From the NCBI GenBank assembly GCA_963790205.1, contig CAWBNQ010000001.1, positions 1,131,560 through 1,195,559 of the forward strand: a stretch of DNA of 64,000 bases, written 5' to 3'. How positions within the stretch are numbered: the first letter of the stretch is position 1; each line of letters starts with the position of its first letter. Positions 8,542 through 18,009 of this stretch are shown one piece after another. Under the pieces are notes generated by a model, which did no database searches, was not told the DNA's origin, and saw only the letters and a program-made list of their open reading frames with translations. Source of the DNA: Nitrospirota bacterium. Its GTDB lineage: Bacteria; Nitrospirota; UBA9217. The position numbers and the translations under genes are program-made.

Positions 8542-10746
8542 ATGTCCATCGAAAAGAAATTCGACATATCGTTCATCTCATCCCTTGCCCTGCGTGAAAA
8601 ACAGATACAGCAGAATTACCGGCCCATCATCGCCGTGCATAAGTGGTTTGCGCGGAGGCCGGGGACGTTGTTTCGCGGGCTGATTCTTTCCGAGTTCGGA
8701 GACAAACCTCTCCGGGATACGTTCTATTCGTCCAACAATCTCTCCGGTCTTACGATACTCGATCCCTTCATGGGTGGCGGCACTCCTCTTCTTGAAGCGA
8801 ACCGTCTTGGCTGTGATGTGATTGGCTATGACATCAATCCCATGGCGTATTGGATTGTGCGGCAGGAGATCGAGCATCTGGACTTGCAGGCTTATCGCAA
8901 GGCGGCGGATGATCTCATCAAAGGGCTGGAGCTGGAGGTCGGGAGTTATTACAAAACGACCTGCCTTGAGTGCGGATCGAGAGCAGCCGATGTTAAGTAC
9001 TTTCTCTGGGTAAAGCAACATACCTGCACTAGCTGCGGCAAGGCGAACGATCTCTTCCCTGGTTATCTTCTTTCTGAAGACAGACGGCATACGGAGAATG
9101 TGTATGTGTGCGCAGCCTGCGGCGAGCTTCACGGCGCAAAGGACCGGGCCAAACCGGGCAAATGCAAGTCCTGCGGAGAACGGATCGTCATCGAAGGTCC
9201 GGCGAAAAGAAGCAAATATGAATGCAAGCACTGCGGCAAAGCAAACTCATATTCATTCAAGCCTGAGCATCCGCCGATTCACCGGATGTATGCCATGGAG
9301 TATCACTGTAAAAAATGCAAATCGCAGCACGAGGGAAGGTTTTTTAAGAAGCCTTCGCGGATGGATCTGGCCAAATATACGGTGGCCTCAAACCGGTTGA
9401 GCAGTATGAAGACCTTGTTTGTGCCCGATGATGTGATATTGGGGGGCGATGAGACAGCACGGCTCCATCGATGGGGGTACCAGAAATATAATGAGATGTT
9501 CAATGCGCGTCAGCTTCTCGGGCTGGAGCTGAGCTGCCGTGTAATTGCGAAAATTACAAATGAGCGCGTGCGTAATGCGGTTGCTACCAATCTTTCGGAC
9601 TTGCTTCGATATCAGAACATGCTTTGCAGGTATGATTCAATGGCGCTTAAGTCCCTCGATATCTTTTCGGTCCACGGTTTCCCCGTCGGGCTTGTGCAGT
9701 GCGAGTCGAACATTCTTGGGATCGTTAACGGCGGCGGGGTGAACATCGGGAGCGGCGGGTGGGGCAACATCATCGACAAGTATTATAAGGCCAAAGCATA
9801 TTGCGATGCGCCTTTTGAGATACGGCACGAAGGGGGACGCAAGATCCAGGTCCCTATCCCTGATGAATGGATCGGGGACCGGCGTAATGGGACTGTCCCT
9901 CTGAGCAAACGTCATGCCCGGCTTCATAGCCAAAGCTCCATGGAGGCGGACATTCAACCTGGGTCAGTAGATGCTGTCTTTACCGATCCGCCTTATTACG
10001 GGAACGTGCAGTATGCTGAGCTGATGGATTTTTGTTACGTCTGGCTCCGGAAACTTATTGACGATCCTGCATTTAAACACCACACGACACGGGACCAGCA
10101 GGAGCTTACCGGCAACGTTAACATGGAACGGGGGCTCGATCATTTCACCGAAGGACTGTCAAACGTGTTCCAGAAAATGGCCCTGGCCTTAAAGCCCGGC
10201 CACCCTTTAGCGTTCACCTATCATCACAACACTCTCGAAGCCTACTATCCGATCGCTATTGCCATGCTCGATTCAGGCCTGGTCTGTTCCGCGTCCCTGC
10301 CGTGCCCGGCCGAGATGGGGGCTTCGATCCATATCAGCGGGACGGGATCATCCATTGTCGATACGGTCTTCGTTTGCCGGAGCACAGGCTCTGTGCCTTC
10401 CCAATGGCTCGCAAAGACCGCGGGCGCCCTTGCCGGGTTGGTGAAAGACGATATCGAAAAGCTGCGGAAAGCGGGTCTGAAAGAAACACGCGGCGATGTT
10501 CGGTGCATTATCTACGGACACCTTATCCGACTTGCTGTCTGGGACCTGCGCCACGGATGGGACAAGACGAAACCAACAAAGGAAAAAACAGCGGCAATCG
10601 CAGCGCAGATACAAGAGTTCGGAGGGTTATTAGCGGTCGAAGAGTCTTTAAGCGAGGGTATGGAGCAGCCGGCCTTGGTACGAACTTCCGCTGTCAGGGA
10701 AGAAACTCAAAAGTATGGAGCGAGCGACGATGAAATTTCCTTTTGA
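8542..10746 (+). CDS. Amino (probably adenine) DNA methyltransferase with Zn-ribbon insertion (DUF1156-like)
   Basis: HKWFARR, motif I DPFMGGG, six CxxC pairs, catalytic DPPY. Confidence 0.9.
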   Translation: MSIEKKFDISFISSLALREKQIQQNYRPIIAVHKWFARRPGTLFRGLILSEFGDKPLRDTFYSSNNLSGLTILDPFMGGGTPLLEANRLGCDVIGYDINPMAYWIVRQEIEHLDLQAYRKAADDLIKGLELEVGSYYKTTCLECGSRAADVKYFLWVKQHTCTSCGKANDLFPGYLLSEDRRHTENVYVCAACGELHGAKDRAKPGKCKSCGERIVIEGPAKRSKYECKHCGKANSYSFKPEHPPIHRMYAMEYHCKKCKSQHEGRFFKKPSRMDLAKYTVASNRLSSMKTLFVPDDVILGGDETARLHRWGYQKYNEMFNARQLLGLELSCRVIAKITNERVRNAVATNLSDLLRYQNMLCRYDSMALKSLDIFSVHGFPVGLVQCESNILGIVNGGGVNIGSGGWGNIIDKYYKAKAYCDAPFEIRHEGGRKIQVPIPDEWIGDRRNGTVPLSKRHARLHSQSSMEADIQPGSVDAVFTDPPYYGNVQYAELMDFCYVWLRKLIDDPAFKHHTTRDQQELTGNVNMERGLDHFTEGLSNVFQKMALALKPGHPLAFTYHHNTLEAYYPIAIAMLDSGLVCSASLPCPAEMGASIHISGTGSSIVDTVFVCRSTGSVPSQWLAKTAGALAGLVKDDIEKLRKAGLKETRGDVRCIIYGHLIRLAVWDLRHGWDKTKPTKEKTAAIAAQIQEFGGLLAVEESLSEGMEQPALVRTSAVREETQKYGASDDEISF

Positions 10747-11758
10747 AGTTCCTTTCGAGGAAGTGCAGGCGGACCTGGACCAGTATGTAACAGCCGTGTT
10801 CTCCGGGCTGGAATCGGAATTTCTGACCATGCCCAAGGGGGCCGGGTTCATCGATTATCCGGTATTCGAGCAAGGCTATGAGGCCCTCAAGCAGGCGACA
10901 GCAGGGTTCCGCAACTTCACGCCCGAGGCTGTGAAGAGTTGTGTGCTCTCGAATCCCATATCCCTGATCGTCATTCGCACCATGCTGGGCTTTACTCCGC
11001 CGGAGTGGGCTTATGTGGCCTCGCAGCATGCGAAAATAGACGTGCCCCAGAATTTCGTCCGCACTCTGGACAGGAAAGTCCGCGTGACCCCTCTCTCGCC
11101 GCTCAAGGCCAAGGGCGCGACAGCTGAGCGGCTGGAAGCATTGGTGAACGTGGCGTGTTCATTGCTCTCGGCAGGCGTTCCATCCACGAGCCCTGACAGG
11201 CTTCATCGACTCGACAAGGCGGACACCAGGTCGGGGCTGGACAGCATCAGGGCCATGGCGGATTTGGGCGCGCCTTATGCTATGCTCCTCTATGAGCGGT
11301 TCCTCGGCAGGCCCTTTGCCGGACATCGAGATTCGGTGAGCGAACTGATCGGCGACATTCTCGAATCGGCAATCGAGAACGTATTGCACAAAGCAGGCAT
11401 TACGGCCAGGAAAACGAAGCGGGCTGAAAAAATCCAGGGCTTTGATCAGTCTCCGGATTTCATCATCCCGAGCGAGTTCAACCCGCAAATCATTATCGAA
11501 GCGAAGATCACAGAAGACGATGGAACGGCCCGCGATAAAGTTACGCGCATCCAGCATTTGGGCGAGCTGAGCATGGCAGGCCAGCCGAAGGGAAAACCGA
11601 AATATGAAGTCATCGCCTGCATAGCGGGCCGAGGGTTCGGGGTCCGCAGGGAAGACATGAAAAAGATGCTTCTCGCCACGCGAGGGAAGGTATTCACGCT
11701 GCAGAACCTGGATAAGCTTGTGGAATGTACAAGGCTGAAGGAATTCAAAACAAAGTAA
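10730..11758 (+). CDS. PD-(D/E)XK restriction endonuclease, cognate of the upstream MTase
   Basis: PDFIIP..IIIEAK..DDGTARDK; overlaps the MTase stop. Confidence 0.8.
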   Translation: MKFPFEVPFEEVQADLDQYVTAVFSGLESEFLTMPKGAGFIDYPVFEQGYEALKQATAGFRNFTPEAVKSCVLSNPISLIVIRTMLGFTPPEWAYVASQHAKIDVPQNFVRTLDRKVRVTPLSPLKAKGATAERLEALVNVACSLLSAGVPSTSPDRLHRLDKADTRSGLDSIRAMADLGAPYAMLLYERFLGRPFAGHRDSVSELIGDILESAIENVLHKAGITARKTKRAEKIQGFDQSPDFIIPSEFNPQIIIEAKITEDDGTARDKVTRIQHLGELSMAGQPKGKPKYEVIACIAGRGFGVRREDMKKMLLATRGKVFTLQNLDKLVECTRLKEFKTK

Positions 11759-11763
11759 GGTGG

Positions 11764-11796
11764 CTGATAAGCCCTTCGCTCCGGCTCATCAGTTTT
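11764..11796 (+). terminator. Intrinsic terminator
   Basis: CTGATAAGCC/GGCTCATCAG stem followed by TTTT. Confidence 0.55.
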
Positions 11797-12015
11797 CAAT
11801 TGCGTTATTCGTGCATTTATAGTAGTCTCACTTCACACGGGAGGCCCTTCTTTAGAGCAAGAGCGGTTTTACCGGCACGTCTTCCTCCTCCCCTTGCATG
11901 ACCGCTTTACCCGATTTTTCTTTAAGAACGACCAGGAAGCACTACCCGGTTTTTCGCGAATTCTGCTGCAGCTTTTTTGTCTCATCGTTGACTGATGGAA
12001 GAGGAGCGTGTCGCA

Positions 12016-13296
12016 ATGGCGAAAGGCATAGTGGTCGGAGACGGGGCGAGGCTCGATTATGCGACCCTGCGCTTTCTGGACGATCCCGCGGTCGAGCGGG
12101 CCTTCCTCGACGACTATTACCGCAGGTCCATCAACCAGATGCGGATCGCCATTGTTCTGGCGATCGTGCTCACCGCGGCCTTCGGGTTCCGCGACGTGTG
12201 GATCACGCCGGCGGTGAAAGAGAGGCTCTGGTTCGTCCGCTACGCGGTCATGTGTCCGTTCTTCCTTGCCGTGCTTCTCTTTTCATTTTCATCCTTTGCG
12301 AGACGTTTCATGCAGCTCGGCATCTCGCTCGGCATGCTTGTATGCGGCCTCGGGATCATTGCGATGATCGTCATCGCTCCCGCCCCGGGGAATTACCTGT
12401 ATTATGCCGGCTTGCTCATGATACCCATGTTCCCCCCGACCATCAGGGTGCGGTTCATCTATTCAGCGGCCATATCGTGGACGATTATCGCAGCCTATGA
12501 GATTGCGGCGATCCGGTTCACCGACACCTCTCTGCCGGTTCTCATCAACAATAATTTCTTTTTGCTTACGTCCACGGCCATCGGCATGATCACCAACTAT
12601 ATGCTCGAACTGTATGCGCGCAAGAATTTCATCCAGCAGATCCAGCTCGAAGAAGAGCGGGAAAAGTCCGAGCGTTTGCTGCTGAACATTCTGCCCGCCT
12701 CCATCGCCGAGCGGCTCAAGCAAAAGCAGGAGACCATCGCCGACGGGTTCGCCGAGGCCACGGTCCTGTTCGCCGACATCGCGGGGTTTACCCGGCTGGC
12801 AGCGAGCCGGTCTCCCCGGGAGGTCGTCGGCATGCTGAACGACATCTTCTCCGAATTCGACCGCCTTGCCGAAAAACACGGCGTCGAGAAGATCAAGACC
12901 ATCGGGGACGCGTACATGGCGGTTGCCGGGCTGCCGGTCAACACGCCGGACCACGCGGCGGCAATCGTCGAGCTCGCGCTCGACATGCAAGACGCGGTCG
13001 CCCGGCGCGGCGCCGTTGGGGACGGGCCGATCTCTCTCCGCATCGGGATCAACACGGGCCCCGTCGTGGCCGGCGTCATCGGAACGAAAAAATTCATCTA
13101 CGACGTGTGGGGTGATACGGTGAATACCGCAAGCCGGATGGAGTCCCACGGGGTGGAGGGAGGGATACAGGTCACCGAAGAGACCTACCGGAGACTGAAG
13201 CACGCGTATCGTCTGGAGGAGCGGGGGCCCTTGAAGATAAAAGGCAAGGGAGAGATGCGCACCTACCTGCTCTCCGGGAGAATGGGCTCGGCATAA
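12016..13296 (+). CDS. Membrane-bound class III adenylate cyclase
   Basis: About six TM helices; LFADIAGFT, KIKTIGDAYM, YDVWGDTVNTASRMES (Lys/Asp pair indicates ATP specificity). Confidence 0.9.
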   Translation: MAKGIVVGDGARLDYATLRFLDDPAVERAFLDDYYRRSINQMRIAIVLAIVLTAAFGFRDVWITPAVKERLWFVRYAVMCPFFLAVLLFSFSSFARRFMQLGISLGMLVCGLGIIAMIVIAPAPGNYLYYAGLLMIPMFPPTIRVRFIYSAAISWTIIAAYEIAAIRFTDTSLPVLINNNFFLLTSTAIGMITNYMLELYARKNFIQQIQLEEEREKSERLLLNILPASIAERLKQKQETIADGFAEATVLFADIAGFTRLAASRSPREVVGMLNDIFSEFDRLAEKHGVEKIKTIGDAYMAVAGLPVNTPDHAAAIVELALDMQDAVARRGAVGDGPISLRIGINTGPVVAGVIGTKKFIYDVWGDTVNTASRMESHGVEGGIQVTEETYRRLKHAYRLEERGPLKIKGKGEMRTYLLSGRMGSA

Positions 13297-13545
13297 GCGC
13301 ATGCTTGCCGCTGTTTTTATTCTGTGAACGGTGAAAACCCAGGGGGCGGGGCTGGGGTATGAGCAGGAGTACGGCGATACTCGAAGCAATTTTCAGTTTA
13401 CAATTTATTGTCCCGGCTCGTCCGAGTCGGGTTGACACCTGGGCTTCATAACTATTTGACTTTTAAGGCCGTTGGCTATACTCTTTCGGGGTCTCAGCTT
13501 CATCCGCGGTGCGGGCTGCCTGCCATGATAAAAAAAGGAGCTGTC

Positions 13546-14538
13546 ATGCTTTCCTCGGAACGTCTCGTCACTGCCGTTCATGATCTTCTTCGCATTGCCC
13601 TCGTATCAATCCCCGCCCTGCTTCTGTCCTGCTCTTCCCAACAGGAGAGCGAACAGATGTTCACCATCACGGCCGAAGAGCTGCAAACGCAGAAGCTCGC
13701 CTATTATTCAGATTACTTTTCCTTTATCGGCAGCGACGACCGGGGGATGGTCGCCTTTGCGCTGGACAACAACCGGGGACGGGACGGCGACTCGTGGCAG
13801 GCCGAGCACTTTGTGGCGCTGCACGATGAGAAGACGGGGTGGCAGGCCGTCACCGGCAGCGGCCCCTATTATAATGTTACGAGACAGCTCGAAACCATTC
13901 CTAACTCACCCGATTTTTCATTCGAGGGGACCGCAAACACCGGGCTGAAGATCCTCAGCGGAACGAATGTGCTCGAACTCAAGATCGCGCCGGAGAAGGT
14001 CCAGATCGCCGAGAAAAGGGGCCTGGCTGAATACCGTCTTGGTTCGGCGGAGGCGACCCTTCTCTGGAGGGAGCGAACGCTCACGGGCCGCGTCATTCAC
14101 GAATATCTCTTCGTGCCCGCCTTTAACCGCCTGACCCGGAAATACGCCGGCGAGTTCAGCGATTTTCACGGCATCTATGCCTCGATTCAGAATGTCGGCG
14201 ACCTGTATATTCATACGCAGAAAAGCAGGTTCTTTTCGCCCCTGATCGCGAGGCAGGAAGGGTTCCTGTTCCTCAACGGGCGGGGATACCGTTTGTCGTC
14301 ACTGGGCGTGAGCGTTCGAAAAACGTCCTTTGCCCCGGGATTCTACCGGTGGCCGGCAGGGTGGGAGGGCAGTTTTGCGGCAGGTCTCGATCATTATGCG
14401 TTCACCGGCCGGATCACGGACAGAAAGACGATCAGCAACTGGGTGACCGGCGGCTTCGCCATGGGGATCGTGAAAGGGAGCCTGGTTTCCGCTCACGAGA
14501 CATGGACGCTGTACGGTTTGGGAGAGCTGATCATGTAA
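13546..14538 (+). CDS. Hypothetical beta-rich lipoprotein
   Basis: AAGGAG RBS; lipobox-like LLSC; no family recognised. Confidence 0.65.
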   Translation: MLSSERLVTAVHDLLRIALVSIPALLLSCSSQQESEQMFTITAEELQTQKLAYYSDYFSFIGSDDRGMVAFALDNNRGRDGDSWQAEHFVALHDEKTGWQAVTGSGPYYNVTRQLETIPNSPDFSFEGTANTGLKILSGTNVLELKIAPEKVQIAEKRGLAEYRLGSAEATLLWRERTLTGRVIHEYLFVPAFNRLTRKYAGEFSDFHGIYASIQNVGDLYIHTQKSRFFSPLIARQEGFLFLNGRGYRLSSLGVSVRKTSFAPGFYRWPAGWEGSFAAGLDHYAFTGRITDRKTISNWVTGGFAMGIVKGSLVSAHETWTLYGLGELIM

Positions 14539-14698
14539 TCATCGCCTTTTGAATTTCCCCCACTCCGCCGGGAGATGGCCGGGTCGGGGACTGTTTTACC
14601 TTCGCATTGCGAAGGCAGGTTGTCATGATGCCCGGGAATTTAAGGAGAGGTCCTGATTCCTTGATTTAAATCGAGCGCCTTTTCCGGAGAGAGCAGCC

Positions 14699-15538
14699 AT
14701 GGGAGTTATTGACTATTTCAAACCCGTTGAAACGATGACCGCTGAGGAAGTGCGGGAATTCCTCCGGAGCCGGGACCCCCGCGAGTACAATCTCATTGAC
14801 GTTCGCCAGCCCGGGGAGTACGAGCAGGGCCATATCCCCGGCGCGAGACTCATCCCCGTGGCCGAGCTTCCGGGCAGGCTCGCGGAGCTGGACCCCGGCA
14901 AGCCAGTCATAACGTACTGAGGATCGGGCATGCGCAGCCGTGCCGCTGCGTCAATGCTCCAGACCGCGGGGTTCGCGACCGCCCGCAGCATGCTGGGCGG
15001 CATCCGGGCCTGGGAGGGGCTGACTGCGCCGGGCCAGCCCGAGGCGGGCATGGCGTACTTTACGATAGCGGCGCGAGCGGAGGAACTCACGGCCCTCGCG
15101 TGGCTTTTGGAGGAAGGCTCCCGCAGGTTCTACGAAGAGGCACAACGGTCCCGTGCGGACAGCGACGTTCAAAAGCTCCTTTCCGGCCTTGTCTCGGCGG
15201 AAAAGCATCACAAGGCATCCCTGGAAAATCTCTATCAGACACTCACCGGCTCCCGGCCGGGACAGGGATTCCCCTCGTCGCTTTTGCCCGATGCGATGCC
15301 GGGAGACTACCTGGAAGGCGGCGTGCGGGTGAGCGAGGCGCTCGCGTGGGCAAAGGGAAAAAGCACAAAGGAATTCCTGGAACTGGCGATGTCCCTTGAG
15401 GCGGCTTCCTACGACCTGTACATAAAAATGGAGCGGCGCGTTGAAGGGGAAAACTCTAAAAAGGTCTTCGGCCTCCTCGCCAATGAAGAGAAGATGCACC
15501 TCGAGAGCCTCGCGTCGCTCCTGGACAGGAAGGTTTGA
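14699..15538 (+). CDS. Rhodanese + ferritin/rubrerythrin-like fusion, probable selenoprotein (UGA 14918-14920 = Sec)
   Basis: ORFs 14699-14920 and 14930-15538 are in frame; the TGA sits at the catalytic Cys position (VITY-U-GSGMRS); ExxH diiron motifs downstream. Confidence 0.85.
14926..14959 (+). promoter_or_regulatory. Putative bacterial SECIS hairpin
   Basis: GGGCAT/ATGCTC lower stem, CGCAGC/GCTGCG upper stem, G-containing loop CGTGCC, starting 5 nt after the UGA. Confidence 0.65.
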
Positions 15539-15894
15539 GGAAGATCGAAGAGGGGGCGCCGTGGGTTTCAAGGAAACAAGGCCCGGGCTGCTTGCGGACA
15601 ATCCGTTCACGGGACGCCCGTCCCTGCGGGTACGACGGCGTCCTTCAAGGTCATGACGGGGACCTCTTATGGCGCTCTTGCCATTTCCGGGAATATCTTT
15701 TGCGCTTCGTAAGAACCTGCAGTGTTCATCAGGCAATGCCCGCGAAAGCATCCGGGACAAGAACGCCCGAACGCCCGCGCCGGGGGAATGACCTCACTCC
15801 TTTGCCGATCTCCTGCTATAATTCAAGGAGAGAGAAGTCATACCGCTGCCCAATACAGGCGAGCTTCCCATAATCCGGATTATGGAGGTCCCCG

Positions 15895-16809
15895 ATGGCT
15901 GAAACCAGAAAGATCCGAAAAGTGATCAAGGGCAAACCCACACTCGAAGGCGCGGGTGTGCATCTCAGGCGCGTATTCGGGAACAGCGAAGTCCCGTTGT
16001 TCGATCCCTTCCTGCTGTTCGACGATTTCCGCAACACCGATCCCTACCAATACATTAAAGGCTTCCCCTGGCACCCGCATCGGGGGATCGAGACGATCAC
16101 CTACGTGCTCAAGGGCGATGTCGAACACGGAGACAGCATGGGAAACAAAGGAGTCATCTCCTCGGGCGACACCCAATGGATGACCGCGGGGAGCGGCATC
16201 ATCCACCAGGAGATGCCGAAGGGAGACGATGAGGGCGTGATGGAGGGCTTTCAGCTCTGGGCCAATCTCCCGAAGTCCCGCAAGATGATGGGCCCCCGGT
16301 ACCGCGACATACAAAGCTCGCAGGTCCCGGAGGTGGTGACGAAGAGCGGCGCGAAGATCAAGGTCATCTGCGGGACCGTGGAGGGGACGCAGGGCCCGGT
16401 CAGGGACATCGTCATCGACCCGGAGTATCTCGATGTCACGCTGCCGGCCCTCTCGGAGTTCGTCCATAGGACCACGCGGGGCCACACCGTGTTTGCCTAC
16501 GTCATCGGCGGCAAGGGCGTCTTCTGCAACGAGAAGGACCCCTTCGCCTACGACGCCGGGGGGGTGAACTACTTCGACATGGAGCGCGATGCCTACATCC
16601 GCAACGGGACGGCGGTCCTCTTCGACGACGGCGACCAGGTAACGGTCGCGGCGCAGGGTGAACCGGTCCGCTTCCTGCTCATCTCCGGCAAACCCATTGG
16701 CGAGCCCGTGGCCTGGTACGGCCCGATCGTGATGAATACGGAGGAGGAACTGCGGATAGCGTTTGAGGAGTACCGGGCCGGCACGTTCATCAAGTACAAA
16801 AAACAGTAA
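15895..16809 (+). CDS. Pirin family protein
   Basis: DPFLLFD, GFPWHPHRGIETITY, QWMTAGSGIIHQE, GFQLWANLP. Confidence 0.95.
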   Translation: MAETRKIRKVIKGKPTLEGAGVHLRRVFGNSEVPLFDPFLLFDDFRNTDPYQYIKGFPWHPHRGIETITYVLKGDVEHGDSMGNKGVISSGDTQWMTAGSGIIHQEMPKGDDEGVMEGFQLWANLPKSRKMMGPRYRDIQSSQVPEVVTKSGAKIKVICGTVEGTQGPVRDIVIDPEYLDVTLPALSEFVHRTTRGHTVFAYVIGGKGVFCNEKDPFAYDAGGVNYFDMERDAYIRNGTAVLFDDGDQVTVAAQGEPVRFLLISGKPIGEPVAWYGPIVMNTEEELRIAFEEYRAGTFIKYKKQ

Positions 16810-17133
16810 ACTCAAGGTCAGAACACAAGGCAGCCCCGTCGGCTACGGCGTACGGAGAACGATCACAAATTTTTTTTATGGAGTTTCCCGGCCGGCGTTG
16901 CGGCAATAATTTCAAACTCTGCCTGTCAGCCTTTTTTGACATTGCCTTATTGCGGCGGCCTGCGTGTCTTTGTTCGGAAGATCAGGCCCATCCTTTTTCT
17001 CACCGGGCCCATGAGGTCCCGTCCTCGCCGTCAGGTCCTCCCCTGGTCCCCCCGGAAATATCCTCTTGATTTTAGAAAAGAATCAATGGTACTATCGCCC
17101 ATTGTGCGAACGGAACACGCCTTGAGGGCCCCC

Positions 17134-18009
17134 ATGCAAAACAATCGTACGCGCCGGAAGACGGAGATGCCGGACTTCCCCTTGAGGTCGATCTGTTTGC
17201 CCTTGCTCTTCGCAGTGCTCCCGCTGTTGTTTTTTTGCCCGTCGAAAGCGCATGCCGCTGATTATCTTACCGTGAGCGGGTGTTCCATAAGCAATGTAGG
17301 CTATTTGACCGATCTTGCCGATGAATATGAAAGACGAACAGGCGTAAAGATATTCGTCAGGGGGGGCGGCAGCGTCGTGGGCATAGAGGACCTCAGGAGC
17401 GGCAAGATCGATTTTGCCGCGTCGTGCAGGCCCAGGGCCGCGGGAGATCCCGCGGACATCACGTACATCCAGGTCGCCTGGGACGCGCTGGCCTTCATCG
17501 TCCATAAGTCCAATCCGGTGGAAAACGTCACGCTCGGCGAGGTGCGGTCGATCTATGCCGGCAAGGTGACCAATTGGAAGCAGCTCAAGGGCCGCGATGC
17601 CCCGATACAAGTATTCATTTCCCGGACGGGGAAAGGCCTCTCCGGCGTGGAAGCGTCCACCAAACAACTGGTCCTGAACGGGAAGGAACCCCGGGGGTCC
17701 GCGAACACCGTTTTTGTCGCGTCCTCGGGCATTGTCGAGCAGATGGTGGAAGAAAGCCCCGAAGGCTTTGCCACCACGGGCGTCACGAGCGCCAGGAAAC
17801 GGAACGTAAAGATCCTGAAGGTAAACGGCGTCACCCCCACGAACAAGGCCATTATCGATAACCGGTATTCCCTGAAGCGGCCGCTCTTCATCCTCATGCC
17901 GAAAAACCCCAAGCCGGAGGTGAAAAAGTTCGTTGATTTCACCCTGAGCAAAGCGGGACAGCGGTTCATACAATCGTTGAACGTCATATCGATTCTGGAC
18001 GTTAAATGA
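17134..18009 (+). CDS. PstS-like periplasmic binding protein
   Basis: GGGSVVGI..DFAASCR..VAWDALAFIVHKSNPV..IYAGKVTNWKQL..RPLF; start is 17134 or 17167. Confidence 0.85.
   Translation: MQNNRTRRKTEMPDFPLRSICLPLLFAVLPLLFFCPSKAHAADYLTVSGCSISNVGYLTDLADEYERRTGVKIFVRGGGSVVGIEDLRSGKIDFAASCRPRAAGDPADITYIQVAWDALAFIVHKSNPVENVTLGEVRSIYAGKVTNWKQLKGRDAPIQVFISRTGKGLSGVEASTKQLVLNGKEPRGSANTVFVASSGIVEQMVEESPEGFATTGVTSARKRNVKILKVNGVTPTNKAIIDNRYSLKRPLFILMPKNPKPEVKKFVDFTLSKAGQRFIQSLNVISILDVK

Noticed and set aside
15535..15873. 112-aa ORF between the selenoprotein and pirin
   Set aside because: No RBS or motif, atypical composition, and it overlaps the likely pirin promoter.
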